Below are positions 19,720 through 29,869 of a stretch of 46,222 nt of DNA, one piece after another. The position numbers and the translations under genes are program-made. Origin of the DNA: Chitinophagaceae bacterium (GTDB lineage Bacteria; Bacteroidota; Bacteroidia; Chitinophagales; Chitinophagaceae); NCBI GenBank assembly GCA_017856605.1, contig JAFMES010000001.1, positions 1-46,222 of the forward strand, given 5' to 3'. Every line of letters begins with the position of its first letter. Position 1 is the first letter of the stretch. The notes beneath the pieces were generated by a model, which made no database searches, was not told the DNA's origin, and saw only the letters and a program-made list of their open reading frames with translations.

Positions 19720-19980
19720 TCTGTTTAATAAATTAATCAAAATAAAAGGCCTTCTCTGAACAAGAAAGTCCCTCAAAAACTAAAAACGGAAAACGACTGT
19801 AAATCAAGGAGGTAATTTATTGCATATAATTATTATATATTTATAAGTATATGATTACTAAAATTTTAATAAAAAAATGAACTAGAATTGTCTTATACCA
19901 TTATTATATGTACCCAATTGATTTATTCACAATCCCGAAAATTTATTTTGTACTGTGGCCACAATTTGTAATTTAGTGGG

Positions 19981-20039
19981 AGAATTTAATGGGTTAGTAA
20001 GTACTAAAGGGTCGGCGTCAGCTGGCCCTTTGGTCTTTT
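19981..20039 (+). ncRNA. Candidate sRNA A (~59 nt)
   Basis: TTTG (19947) and TAATTTAG (19969-19976) promoter boxes; unpaired AUGGGUUAGUAAGUAC; 11-bp hairpin 20006-20031 followed by GGTCTTTT. Confidence 0.6.
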
Positions 20040-20119
20040 ATAAAATCACCCCGTTTTCCCATCATATCTCACGTGAATTATCACCTCGTTTTCATTGGTT
20101 CGATCTGTACCTTTAGTGC

Positions 20120-21484
20120 ATGAGTAAAGTGAAGAAAGCATTCTTTTGTAAAGAATGCGGACATGAATCACCCAAGTGGATTGGGAAATGTCCGGGTTGT
20201 CAACAGTGGAATACATTCATCGAAGAAATCATTCACAAAGAAAGTCAATCACAAAAAGCTTCTTGGAAAGAATCTTCTTCCAGTGATCAACGAAGCATCG
20301 CATTGCATGATGTGATTGCAGAAGATCATCCAAGAAAAATAACCAAGGATGCAGAACTCAATCGTGTATTGGGAGGAGGAATTGTACCAGGGAGTATTGT
20401 ATTGGTTGCTGGTGAACCAGGAATTGGAAAGTCAACGCTCTTTCTTCAAGATGCACTCATGATGCCTTCGTGTCGCATTCTTTATGTAAGTGGCGAAGAA
20501 AGCGAACAGCAAATTAAAATGCGCGCCAATCGCATCAATGTTGCACACGATGATTTTCATCTGCTCACGGAAACATCGACACAGAACGTGTTTCAGGAAA
20601 TCAAACGCATACGACCCGATTGGGTAATCATTGATTCAATTCAAACGTTGCAATCGCCATACATTGATTCATCTCCAGGTAGCATTTCGCAAATCAGAGA
20701 ATGCACTGCAGAATTTCAACGCTTCGCAAAAGAAACACAAACACCGGTGTTTCTGATTGGTCATGTTACTAAAGATGGAAATATAGCGGGACCAAAACTA
20801 TTGGAACATATGGTGGATACCGTATTGCAATTTGAAGGCGATCAACATTATGCATACCGCATTTTACGCACCACCAAAAACCGATTTGGTTCCACCTCCG
20901 AGATTGGCATCTATGAAATGACGGGCAATGGAATGCGACCAGTTGACAATCCATCCGATATACTGATCAATCAAAAAGAAGAACAACTCAGTGGAATCGC
21001 CATCGGTGCTACCATGGAAGGATTGCGTCCATTGCTCATCGAAGTACAAGCATTGGTTACCCCTTCGGTATACGGAACTCCACAACGTACTGCAAGTGGT
21101 TTTGATTTAAGAAGATTGCAATTGCTATTGGCCGTGCTGGAAAAAAGAGGTGGATTTCATTTTGGGACCAAAGACGTGTTTGTCAATATTGCAGGGGGAC
21201 TCAAAGTAGAAGATCCGGCAATCGATCTGGCCATGGTCTTTGCACTGCTCAGCTCCTATGAAGATGTGCCCCTCTCCCAAAAAATCTGCTTTGCTGGAGA
21301 AGTGGGATTGAGCGGGGAGATCAGAGCCGTCAATCGGGTTGATCAACGAATCTCCGAAGCAAAAAAACTTGGATTCGAACAGGTCGTCATCAGTAAATAC
21401 AATCGCCTCGCTGAACCCCATAAAGGAATCACAACCACCCAAGTGGCGCTGATCGAAGAAGTGTACCGATCGTTGTTCCCATGA
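20120..21484 (+). CDS. radA: DNA repair protein RadA/Sms
   Basis: C4 zinc finger, GEPGIGKS, KNRFG, Lon-like C-terminus. Confidence 0.97.
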   Translation: MSKVKKAFFCKECGHESPKWIGKCPGCQQWNTFIEEIIHKESQSQKASWKESSSSDQRSIALHDVIAEDHPRKITKDAELNRVLGGGIVPGSIVLVAGEPGIGKSTLFLQDALMMPSCRILYVSGEESEQQIKMRANRINVAHDDFHLLTETSTQNVFQEIKRIRPDWVIIDSIQTLQSPYIDSSPGSISQIRECTAEFQRFAKETQTPVFLIGHVTKDGNIAGPKLLEHMVDTVLQFEGDQHYAYRILRTTKNRFGSTSEIGIYEMTGNGMRPVDNPSDILINQKEEQLSGIAIGATMEGLRPLLIEVQALVTPSVYGTPQRTASGFDLRRLQLLLAVLEKRGGFHFGTKDVFVNIAGGLKVEDPAIDLAMVFALLSSYEDVPLSQKICFAGEVGLSGEIRAVNRVDQRISEAKKLGFEQVVISKYNRLAEPHKGITTTQVALIEEVYRSLFP

Positions 21485-22194
21485 TGCCATCTCCCTCACG
21501 TCTTATCATCCGAAACCTGAGTTCGGTGCTTGATCTCTTTCTACCCCAACCTTGCCCTGGTTGTAGATCCGCCATCCTCAATCACCAAGAACACCTGTGC
21601 ATGCACTGCTCCCTTACCCTTCCTTATACCCAATTTGAAACGCTTCGTAATCATCCGCTGGAAAAATTGTTTTGGGGACGAATTCCGTTTGGTTTTGCAT
21701 CTGCAACCTGGTACTTCCTTGATCATTCTCCTATTCAACACATCATACACGCCATTAAATACGAAGACCAACACGTGCTTGGCATTCACATGGGAAAGCA
21801 AATGGGCCTGCGTGTTCAACAACTGATAACCGACTTTCCCATCGATCTGCTGGTGCCAATGCCACTGCATCCAAAAAAAGAAATAAAACGAGGGTACAAC
21901 CAAGCAGAGCTGCTGTGCAAAGGAATTGCAATGACTACTGGTATTCCGATTGGAAACCGTGCAATTCAACGAACAGTCCAAACAAAAACACAAACCAGGA
22001 AAAGCAGATCTGAACGATGGGATAATGTACATACTGCTTTTTCTGTTGCACAACCCACTGCCATTCACTCAAAAAATATTGCTATAGTAGATGATGTCAT
22101 CACCACCGGAGCCTCACTGGAAGCATGCGGTCGCTCAGCACTACTCCATGGCGCCTCCTCTGTCTCGTTTCTGGGAATGGCCTTCACGGCTTGA
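21481..22194 (+). CDS. ComF-family phosphoribosyltransferase-like protein
   Basis: CxxC...CxxC, RGYNQA, VDDVITTGAS. Confidence 0.9.
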   Translation: MMPSPSRLIIRNLSSVLDLFLPQPCPGCRSAILNHQEHLCMHCSLTLPYTQFETLRNHPLEKLFWGRIPFGFASATWYFLDHSPIQHIIHAIKYEDQHVLGIHMGKQMGLRVQQLITDFPIDLLVPMPLHPKKEIKRGYNQAELLCKGIAMTTGIPIGNRAIQRTVQTKTQTRKSRSERWDNVHTAFSVAQPTAIHSKNIAIVDDVITTGASLEACGRSALLHGASSVSFLGMAFTA

Positions 22195-22260
22195 CACGCT
22201 TCCTTAGCTCACAACCTTTTCCCTACTTATTCGTTAATTTAGAACAATAAAACCAACGTT

Positions 22261-22779
22261 ATGATCCGAATGCTGATGCTGGCACTGCCACTTTTCTTCC
22301 TGAATCCGACTTCCATTCATCGTTTTAAAGTAAGCGGTATAGACGGATCCACCATCGATTTTTCTGCATTCAAAGGGAAGAAAATTCTCATCGTGAACAC
22401 TGCCTCCAAATGCGGATACACCCCTCAGTATGCCGATCTGGAAAAACTATACAAGTCCTACGGAAACAAACTGGTGATTGTTGGATTCCCTGCTAATAAT
22501 TTCGGGGGACAAGAACCTGGTTCGAATTCAGAAATCAGCGAATTCTGTAAAAAGAATTACGGCGTCAGTTTTGTCATGGCTGAAAAAGTATCAGTTAAAG
22601 GCGAAGACATGCACCCCTTGTTCAAATGGCTTACCCAAAAAACAGAGAACGGCGTAATGGATGCTGAAATCCGTTGGAACTTTACCAAATTTCTTCTGGA
22701 TGAAAAAGGACAACTCCTCGCCGTATTTCCCAGTAAAGTAAATCCCACCAGCGAAGAGATCACGCGCTTTCTGCAATAA
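22261..22779 (+). CDS. Cys-type glutathione peroxidase family protein with signal peptide
   Basis: NTASKCG, GFPANNFGGQEP, WNFTKFL; -7 box TAATTTAG at 22235. Confidence 0.93.
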   Translation: MIRMLMLALPLFFLNPTSIHRFKVSGIDGSTIDFSAFKGKKILIVNTASKCGYTPQYADLEKLYKSYGNKLVIVGFPANNFGGQEPGSNSEISEFCKKNYGVSFVMAEKVSVKGEDMHPLFKWLTQKTENGVMDAEIRWNFTKFLLDEKGQLLAVFPSKVNPTSEEITRFLQ

Positions 22780-22818
22780 ACCCTCCATCGCAAGACGGCC
22801 CATTCCTTACCTTTGGGC

Positions 22819-23952
22819 ATGCGATTTGCAGAATTAGCGGGACAAGAAACAATCAAAGAAAAATTAGTAGGATTGGTCGACTCCAATCGACTCAGTCATG
22901 CATTATTGTTTCTTGGCAAAGAAGGCTCTGGAGCACTGCAACTCGCCATCGCGCTTTCACAGTACATCGTTTGTGAAAAAACAGTTTCTAACGACAGTTG
23001 TGGTACCTGTCCCGCCTGCATCAAAGCGCACGCACTCAGTCACCCCGATATCCATTTCTCTTTTCCCACCATTACCCGAAACAGCGGCGATAAACCGGTA
23101 TGTTCCGATTTCATCATCGAATGGAGAAGCTTTGTTGCCCAAACACCATTTGGAAATGCATACGATTGGTTGCAAGCAGTGGGTGCAGAAAATAAACAAG
23201 GCAACATCACTGCGCATGAATGCGAAGACATCATCCGAAAACTGCAACTCAAAAGTTTTGAAAGCGGATACAAAGTCCTCATTCAATGGATGCCCGAATA
23301 CCTGGGTCAATCTGGCAATAAACTGCTCAAACTGATTGAAGAGCCTCCGCCAAAAACAGTATTCATTTTTGTTGCAGAAGACGAATCACGCATCCTTCCC
23401 ACCATCCTGTCCCGCACGCAACTGATCAAGATCAATCCACTGGAAACAGCATCGCTTGAACAATGGCTGATCGAGCATCAGGCAGTGCCGCGTGAGAAGG
23501 CACGTTCCATTGCTCCGATGGCGCATGGAAACATGCGGGAGGCATTTCAAATTTTACACCACGCGGATGAAGATTGGCAAGAATTACTTCGTCAGTGGCT
23601 CAATGCAATTTTGAAAAATGGTCCCGCTGCTCAACTCAAATGGGTAGAAGAAATGGCAAAATTGGGAAGAGAAAAACAAAAACAATTCCTGAATTACTTC
23701 ATCCATTTGCTGTCGTCTTCAATCCGTATTCTGCACACTGGCACAACTCCTTCGGCAACTGAGGTCGAAATCGACTTTGCCAATCGCCTTACCAAACTTG
23801 CTTCAACCGAACAGGTCAGTGCCATGGTGGATGAACTGGGCAGCAGCATTTACCACATCGAACGCAACGCAAATCCTAAGATCCTGTTCATGGCCCTCAC
23901 CATTAAAATAAGCCACATCCTAAGAGATAAATCGTTAATTTTGACTAACTAG
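22819..23952 (+). CDS. holB: DNA polymerase III delta' subunit
   Basis: HALLFLG, CGTCPAC, HPDIH, NKLLKLIEEPP, TILSR. Confidence 0.9.
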   Translation: MRFAELAGQETIKEKLVGLVDSNRLSHALLFLGKEGSGALQLAIALSQYIVCEKTVSNDSCGTCPACIKAHALSHPDIHFSFPTITRNSGDKPVCSDFIIEWRSFVAQTPFGNAYDWLQAVGAENKQGNITAHECEDIIRKLQLKSFESGYKVLIQWMPEYLGQSGNKLLKLIEEPPPKTVFIFVAEDESRILPTILSRTQLIKINPLETASLEQWLIEHQAVPREKARSIAPMAHGNMREAFQILHHADEDWQELLRQWLNAILKNGPAAQLKWVEEMAKLGREKQKQFLNYFIHLLSSSIRILHTGTTPSATEVEIDFANRLTKLASTEQVSAMVDELGSSIYHIERNANPKILFMALTIKISHILRDKSLILTN

Positions 23953-24008
23953 GTCGCTGACCAAAACAATTTTGAATACCGCGCGAAAGCGTCTAAATAG
24001 ATCTGATA

Positions 24009-25289
24009 ATGGGATGTGGTTCATGTGGTACCGGCAAAGGTTCCCCTAAAGGATGCAAAAATAACGGAGGATGCAGCTCCGGTGGTTGTAACAGACTCAA
24101 TGTACATGACTGGCTTGCCAACTTACCCTTCACCGACCCGGCTGTTTCCTGCCGCATCGTTGAAGTGACCTTCAATAATGGAAGCCGTAAAGAATATTTC
24201 CGCAATACCACCCTGCACCATTTCAATAAGGGAGAGATCGTAAGTGTGGAGGGAGTGAGTGGGTTTGACGTTGGCGTAGTCAACCTCAGTGGCGAACTGG
24301 TCCGACTCCAACTCAAGAAAAAAAGAATTCCAGAAGACAGTGCTGATCTAAAGAAAATATTGAGACGGGCGACGGAAGTCGATATTCAAAAATGGGAAGA
24401 AAATAAGGCCCGTGAGAAGGAAGCTTTAGCCCGTTCACGTGCCATAGCACGACAGCTTAAGATTATGATGAAGATCTCCGAAGTGGAGATTCAAGCCGAT
24501 GGAAGAAAAGCAACATTCTTCTATACCGCAGATGATCGTGTTGATTTTAGAGAGCTCATCAAGATCTATGCTTCGGAATTCAAAGTAAAAGTTGAAATGA
24601 AACAAATTGGCGCGCGACAAGAAGCGGCCAAAGTTGGTGGCATCGGAAGCTGCGGCAGGGAACTATGCTGCAGCAGCTGGCTGAATGACTTCAAGAGCGT
24701 TACAACGGCCATGGCTCGCTACCAGAACCTCAGCATCAATCAAACCAAGTTGAGTGGACAATGCGGCCGACTCAAATGCTGTTTGAATTATGAACTGGAT
24801 ACGTATCTGGATGCGCTGCAACATTTTCCGGATCATGCCGATGTACTGCAAACCGCAAAAGGAAATGCCCAATTGATTAAAAAAGATATTTTCAAAAATT
24901 TGATGTGGTACACCTTGCCCGATAGCAGCAAGCAATATCCACTAAGCATAGAAACGGTTCAAAAAATAAAAGCACTCAATGCAAAGGGAATTCGACCTGA
25001 AGAACTTGAAACTTCCGAACCGGTAAGTGCAAAAACAAAAGAAGTTGAACCACAGTTTGTGGATGTAGTCGGACAAATCAGTCTCCGTTCATTGGAAAGA
25101 AACGCACAGAAAAGGAAATCAAGAGAAAAATCTACTTCAAATAGACCAGGAAGTTCAGGCAATAGGCCGTCTTCCAACAAACCAGCCTCTCAACAACGCA
25201 GGCCACACGGTCCTTCACGCAAACCAGATGGTCCTCAACGCCCGATTGCTCGTCCCCAGAAGCCGAACAACCCAACACAGAACAATTAA
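24009..25289 (+). CDS. ricT: RicT/YaaT (PSP1 domain) Fe-S protein with low-complexity tail
   Basis: RVDFRELIK, GSCGRELCC, GQCGRLKCCLNYE; follows holB. Confidence 0.9.
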   Translation: MGCGSCGTGKGSPKGCKNNGGCSSGGCNRLNVHDWLANLPFTDPAVSCRIVEVTFNNGSRKEYFRNTTLHHFNKGEIVSVEGVSGFDVGVVNLSGELVRLQLKKKRIPEDSADLKKILRRATEVDIQKWEENKAREKEALARSRAIARQLKIMMKISEVEIQADGRKATFFYTADDRVDFRELIKIYASEFKVKVEMKQIGARQEAAKVGGIGSCGRELCCSSWLNDFKSVTTAMARYQNLSINQTKLSGQCGRLKCCLNYELDTYLDALQHFPDHADVLQTAKGNAQLIKKDIFKNLMWYTLPDSSKQYPLSIETVQKIKALNAKGIRPEELETSEPVSAKTKEVEPQFVDVVGQISLRSLERNAQKRKSREKSTSNRPGSSGNRPSSNKPASQQRRPHGPSRKPDGPQRPIARPQKPNNPTQNN

Positions 25290-26179
25290 CGATAAAGCAG
25301 GTAAGCGATCAGCCAAACGGCAGGTGCAGCCAGCAAGATGGAATCAAACCGATCCAAAAATCCTCCGTGTCCAGGTAAAAAAGTTCCACTATCCTTCACT
25401 TGAGCAAGTCGCTTTAACCGACTTTCCAACAAATCACCAAAGGTTCCAGCAACAGCAGCTGTGGAAGCAATTATCAGAACTTCATAATTGGCTTCCCAAC
25501 GAAAAAATGCAAAGGCCCAGATCAGTCCGGCAGATAAAACAATTCCACCCACTGTTCCTTCCCAGGTTTTTTTGGGCGACCATTTTGTTAATGGAGTTTT
25601 TCCTATCCATGAACCAACAAGATAAGCCATCGTATCGTTGATCCATATGCTCACTACCATGAGAATGGCAACAAGCTTCCCACTGAATCCAGATATAGCA
25701 CTTGTAAATGCATCACTGCTGTTTCCTTGCATCCAGATCCATCCTGAACGCAGGTTGATCAGCAATGCAAGAAATAAGGAGATATAAACCACTCCTCCCA
25801 TCGATCGCGCCAGATGACGCACTGAAAAATTTCGATTGATGATGAACAGAATGGGTAAAAAATATCCACCCCATCGAATCAGTTGATACCCGACCTTGTT
25901 GAGTGGGATACCCATCAATACAAGGTGATCAGAAACTGCTACGAGTAAAAACCCCCAGCCAAACAATGGAAAAAAAATCCGATTCAACAATGACGTTGCA
26001 TCGAAGGAAGAATCGATGCGTACTGCTAATTTTTGATATTCGTACCAGCAACCAAAATGAACAATTGAAAATAAAATGAAAAACGACCATTCGTTCCAAA
26101 GCAATCCGGTTAACATGACGACCGCATAGGCAATTGCAGTCCTGGCGCGGGTTTGAAAAACTTTTTTATCGAGTGCCAT
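25286..26179 (-). CDS. cdsA: Phosphatidate cytidylyltransferase
   Basis: SPKKTWEG, GDLLES, KDSG..LPGHGGFLDRFDS. Confidence 0.95.
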   Translation of the reverse strand: MALDKKVFQTRARTAIAYAVVMLTGLLWNEWSFFILFSIVHFGCWYEYQKLAVRIDSSFDATSLLNRIFFPLFGWGFLLVAVSDHLVLMGIPLNKVGYQLIRWGGYFLPILFIINRNFSVRHLARSMGGVVYISLFLALLINLRSGWIWMQGNSSDAFTSAISGFSGKLVAILMVVSIWINDTMAYLVGSWIGKTPLTKWSPKKTWEGTVGGIVLSAGLIWAFAFFRWEANYEVLIIASTAAVAGTFGDLLESRLKRLAQVKDSGTFLPGHGGFLDRFDSILLAAPAVWLIAYLLYR

Positions 26180-27065
26180 CAGATACCATTTGATGGAACT
26201 TGCGGATGAACCCGATCAGGAGCGCTGTTGCAACAATTCCTGCCCACCATGGAATCTGCTCCATCAAGCCATCGTCAATCGGTCGACCTGCACTTCGCAA
26301 ATAATAAACTTCACCCACCGCCATGGCGTTATTAATCAAGTGCGCAACGATGGGTACCCAGAGATTTCCGCTTCTTCCATACAGCCAACCCAGAACGATA
26401 CCCAAAGCAGTTCGTGCAAAAAATCCGTAGTACGAAAAATGAATGGCACTGAACAACAATGAAGTAACGATGATGCTTACCCATAATTGTCCCGTTGCCC
26501 GGTACATCATATTTTGAAATGTGCCCCTGAAAAAAAACTCTTCAACAATTGCAGGTACGAGTGCCATGGTAATCAGCACCACCACCAGGTCTTTCCAGTT
26601 TTTCATTTGAGACATCACTTCAATCTGCTCCATGTAACTCGCCTCCATGTCTTTGAAGTAAAGCTCCATCTGGGCAGATAATGGTATCCATTCAGTGAAT
26701 TGTGCAAGCATGCCGGCTACCAGAACCATCAACAGCATCACGACCGCACTGAATCCATAAGCCTTCCACTGAAAAGGCCGATTTAATTGAAAATAGTTAA
26801 TCGGAGATTTGGTGACAGCACGAACTGCGATCCAGGAAGGAACAAAAAATATAAAGAGGGCAAGAAGGGTTTGAGCAATTCGGACTTCCATCGCACGGGA
26901 AGGATCCAACATCGATTCGGGAGAAAAAACAGTACCGGTCATCGCCTCCCAGGCAAAATAGGCGACAAAACCGCCGATCATATACCCCATCGCCATCAAC
27001 CCAATCAATAAAAACAATGCACTTTTTTCATGCATTCCCGTCCGATCTGTATTCTCCCATTCCAT
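26166..27065 (-). CDS. CPBP-family (CAAX/Abi) intramembrane protease
   Basis: EEFFFRG, FSAIH, AHLINN; multiple TM segments. Confidence 0.9.
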   Translation of the reverse strand: MEWENTDRTGMHEKSALFLLIGLMAMGYMIGGFVAYFAWEAMTGTVFSPESMLDPSRAMEVRIAQTLLALFIFFVPSWIAVRAVTKSPINYFQLNRPFQWKAYGFSAVVMLLMVLVAGMLAQFTEWIPLSAQMELYFKDMEASYMEQIEVMSQMKNWKDLVVVLITMALVPAIVEEFFFRGTFQNMMYRATGQLWVSIIVTSLLFSAIHFSYYGFFARTALGIVLGWLYGRSGNLWVPIVAHLINNAMAVGEVYYLRSAGRPIDDGLMEQIPWWAGIVATALLIGFIRKFHQMVSDGTR

Positions 27066-27092
27066 ACTCTTATTTGTAACTTTGCGCTGTTC

Positions 27093-28091
27093 ATGATAAA
27101 GATAGGCAACATAAGCTTACCATCGTTTCCCTTGCTGCTGGCTCCCATGGAGGACGTCAGCGATCCGCCCTTCAGAGCCGTATGCAAAAAAAATGGCGCC
27201 GATCTGATGTTCACGGAATTCATCAGCAGTGAAGGATTGATTAGAGATGCGATCAAGAGTCGCCAAAAGCTCGACATCTTTGAGGAAGAACGACCCGTAG
27301 GCATTCAGATATTTGGTGGAGACGAAGAAGCGCTAGCGCTCAGCGCACGGATAGTTGAAACTGTTCAACCAGATTTACTCGACATCAATTTTGGATGTCC
27401 TGTTAAAAAAGTTGTTTGCAAAGGAGCAGGTGCCGCAGTGCTGAAAGATGTTGACCTGATGGTTCGATTGACCAAAGCAGTAATTGCTTCTACTCATCTT
27501 CCGGTAACTGTGAAAACCAGATTGGGATGGGACCACTCTTCCATCAATATCTTGGAAGTAGCAGAACGGTTACAAGACATCGGAATACAAGCGCTCTCCA
27601 TCCACGGTCGCACCCGCAGTCAACTCTACAAAGGAGAAGCGGATTGGACCTGGATCGCAAAAGTCAGGGAAAACCCTCGTATCCATATTCCCATTTTTGG
27701 CAATGGAGATATTGATTCGCCCGAAAAGGCATTGGAATATAAAAACAGATACGGTGTGGACGGCATCATGATTGGTCGCGCTGCCATCGGAAACCCCTGG
27801 TTCTTTCGTGAGGTAAAGCATTTTTTTGCAACTGGTGAGAAACTGTCTCCTCCTACCATGGAAGAAAAACTTACGGTAATTCGACAACACCTTCGAGCCT
27901 CCATTGCTTGGAAAGGAGAAAAACTGGGTATTTTCGAAATGAGGCGTCACTATGCAAACTACCTGAAAGGAATTCCACACATCAAATCCCTGCGTACGCA
28001 ACTGGTAACGCTTGGTACCCTCTCGGAAATAGAGGCAGTGCTGGATGAAGCCGCAAAAACCGCTACACATGAGTACAGCACCTTGGTCTGA
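27093..28091 (+). CDS. dusB: tRNA-dihydrouridine synthase B
   Basis: LAPMED, DINFGCP, HGRT, NGDI, MIGRAA; start ATG 27093 after TAACTTTG. Confidence 0.93.
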   Translation: MIKIGNISLPSFPLLLAPMEDVSDPPFRAVCKKNGADLMFTEFISSEGLIRDAIKSRQKLDIFEEERPVGIQIFGGDEEALALSARIVETVQPDLLDINFGCPVKKVVCKGAGAAVLKDVDLMVRLTKAVIASTHLPVTVKTRLGWDHSSINILEVAERLQDIGIQALSIHGRTRSQLYKGEADWTWIAKVRENPRIHIPIFGNGDIDSPEKALEYKNRYGVDGIMIGRAAIGNPWFFREVKHFFATGEKLSPPTMEEKLTVIRQHLRASIAWKGEKLGIFEMRRHYANYLKGIPHIKSLRTQLVTLGTLSEIEAVLDEAAKTATHEYSTLV

Positions 28092-29169
28092 TCAGATCGA
28101 CTCCCCTTCGCTAATTGTATATCCCAAGATCGTACGTGCCAATATCGAAGAGATGGTTCGGATGGCAGGATCAGCAGAGCGTCTTCGTCCACATATCAAA
28201 ACTCATAAAACCGCTGAAGGCATCCAGTTGATGCAACAAGCGGGTATTGATAAATTCAAATGTGCCACCATTGCAGAAGCAGAGCTCTTGGGGATGCAAG
28301 GCGCAAGGGATGTTCTATTGGCACATCAACCAGTGGGACTAAAAGCGAAACGATTATTGGAATTGAAACGCGAATTTCCTTCCACTACCTTCAGCACGAT
28401 TGTTGACAATGCTGCTTCAGCAATTGCGCTTGGAAATTATGTTCAAGAACAACAGGAACAACTTCATCTCTTCATCGATTTGAACGTGGGGATGAATAGA
28501 ACCGGAATTCATCCGGGTGATGAAGCGTTCGAGTTGATTCAACTGATTGTTGGTCACCCTGCTCTTGTATTCTGCGGCTTGCATGCATACGACGGACAAC
28601 ATCGCCATCCCAATCCTTTGGAAAGGGAAAAAGCTTGTGATGCAGGCTTTGCATCAGTTCTAGCCTTAAGGAAAAAATTAGTCGAGCATGGAATCCCTGA
28701 ACCGATAATCGTTGCAGGAGGTTCACCTACGTTTTCGATACACGCAAAACATCCCGATCGGGAATGCAGTCCGGGCACCAACATCTTTTGGGACCACGGC
28801 TATCACCTGATCTGCAGCGAACAATCGTTTACACCTGCGGTCCACATCCTCACCCGCATAATTTCAAAACCAGCTCCGGGTCGCATTTGCCTGGACCTCG
28901 GCCACAAAGCAGTTGCAGCAGAAAATGAACTCGCTAAGCGCATCCACTTTCCTGATCATCCAGATTGGGTGGCAGTGGGACAGAGTGAGGAACATTTGGT
29001 GATAGAAACACCCAACGCAGATGCGTATTCAGTTGGAGACGTCTTTTTGGGTATCCCCTATCATGTCTGTCCAACAATCGCACTTCATGAATCCCTTACG
29101 GCCATTGAGGATGATCGCATAACTGGAGCATGGAAAGTGGTTGCACGGAAAAGAGCGATCAGTATCTAA
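28069..29169 (+). CDS. D-threonine aldolase/D-serine dehydratase-like fold-III PLP enzyme
   Basis: LRPHIKTHK, CATIAEAE, HAYDG, QSEEH, PYHVCPT. Confidence 0.85.
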   Translation: MSTAPWSDQIDSPSLIVYPKIVRANIEEMVRMAGSAERLRPHIKTHKTAEGIQLMQQAGIDKFKCATIAEAELLGMQGARDVLLAHQPVGLKAKRLLELKREFPSTTFSTIVDNAASAIALGNYVQEQQEQLHLFIDLNVGMNRTGIHPGDEAFELIQLIVGHPALVFCGLHAYDGQHRHPNPLEREKACDAGFASVLALRKKLVEHGIPEPIIVAGGSPTFSIHAKHPDRECSPGTNIFWDHGYHLICSEQSFTPAVHILTRIISKPAPGRICLDLGHKAVAAENELAKRIHFPDHPDWVAVGQSEEHLVIETPNADAYSVGDVFLGIPYHVCPTIALHESLTAIEDDRITGAWKVVARKRAISI

Positions 29170-29209
29170 GGATGCATTTATTGTTAACTTTGAAGCTTAA
29201 CTCATTAAA

Positions 29210-29869
29210 ATGACCATACACAAGGAAGGCTTTCGTACGATTTTGATTGTTGGCTGGGCCATCGTTGCATTGATTTTTCTTTCACTCCAATACATTTACC
29301 CGCTGCAACCGATTGCACACATCCTCCTTTCCGTTGTATTGGTTGCATTCTGGCTATTCATCGTTTCTTTTTTCAGAATTCCTTCACGCAGATTCACATA
29401 CAAAGACGATGCATTCATTTCACCTGCAGATGGAAAAGTGGTGGTAATTGAGGAGACGGTAGATCCTGAATACTACAACGAAAAGCGGTTACAGATATCG
29501 GTATTTATGAGTCCCGCCAACGTCCACGTAAATCGATATCCTATTTCAGGTGAAGTGATATACAATCAATACCACAAAGGAAAATACCTTGTGGCATGGG
29601 ATCCTAAATCGTCAACAGAAAATGAACGGCACAGCCTTGTCATAAAAACTTCCCGCTGTACAGTTTTGGTGAAGCAGATTGCAGGTGCCTTGGCAAAACG
29701 AATTGTCAATTATGCAGAGGTTGGAAAATCAGTCAAACAAAACGAGGAATTGGGATTCATAAAATTTGGAAGCAGGGTTGATTTGCTTCTGCCACTGGAT
29801 GCAACTCCTGCGGTTAAAATTGGAGATCACGTTAAAAATGGCGTGACCGTTCTTGCCACATTGCCTTAA
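29210..29869 (+). CDS. psd: Phosphatidylserine decarboxylase proenzyme
   Basis: SPADG, NVHVNR, IKFGSRVD cleavage motif. Confidence 0.94.
   Translation: MTIHKEGFRTILIVGWAIVALIFLSLQYIYPLQPIAHILLSVVLVAFWLFIVSFFRIPSRRFTYKDDAFISPADGKVVVIEETVDPEYYNEKRLQISVFMSPANVHVNRYPISGEVIYNQYHKGKYLVAWDPKSSTENERHSLVIKTSRCTVLVKQIAGALAKRIVNYAEVGKSVKQNEELGFIKFGSRVDLLLPLDATPAVKIGDHVKNGVTVLATLP

Noticed and set aside
19720-19960. AT-rich tract as replication origin or foreign DNA
   Set aside because: No clear DnaA-box array, repeats or mobility genes; fits a divergent promoter region
21481-22194. comF next to radA as evidence of natural competence
   Set aside because: ComF-like genes are widespread; no DNA uptake genes in the window
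26166-27065. 'Abi' family protein as phage defence
   Set aside because: CPBP protease motifs in a housekeeping context next to cdsA; no defence neighbours
27030-27092. Head-to-head overlap of the CPBP and dusB ORFs
   Set aside because: Disappears when dusB starts at ATG 27093
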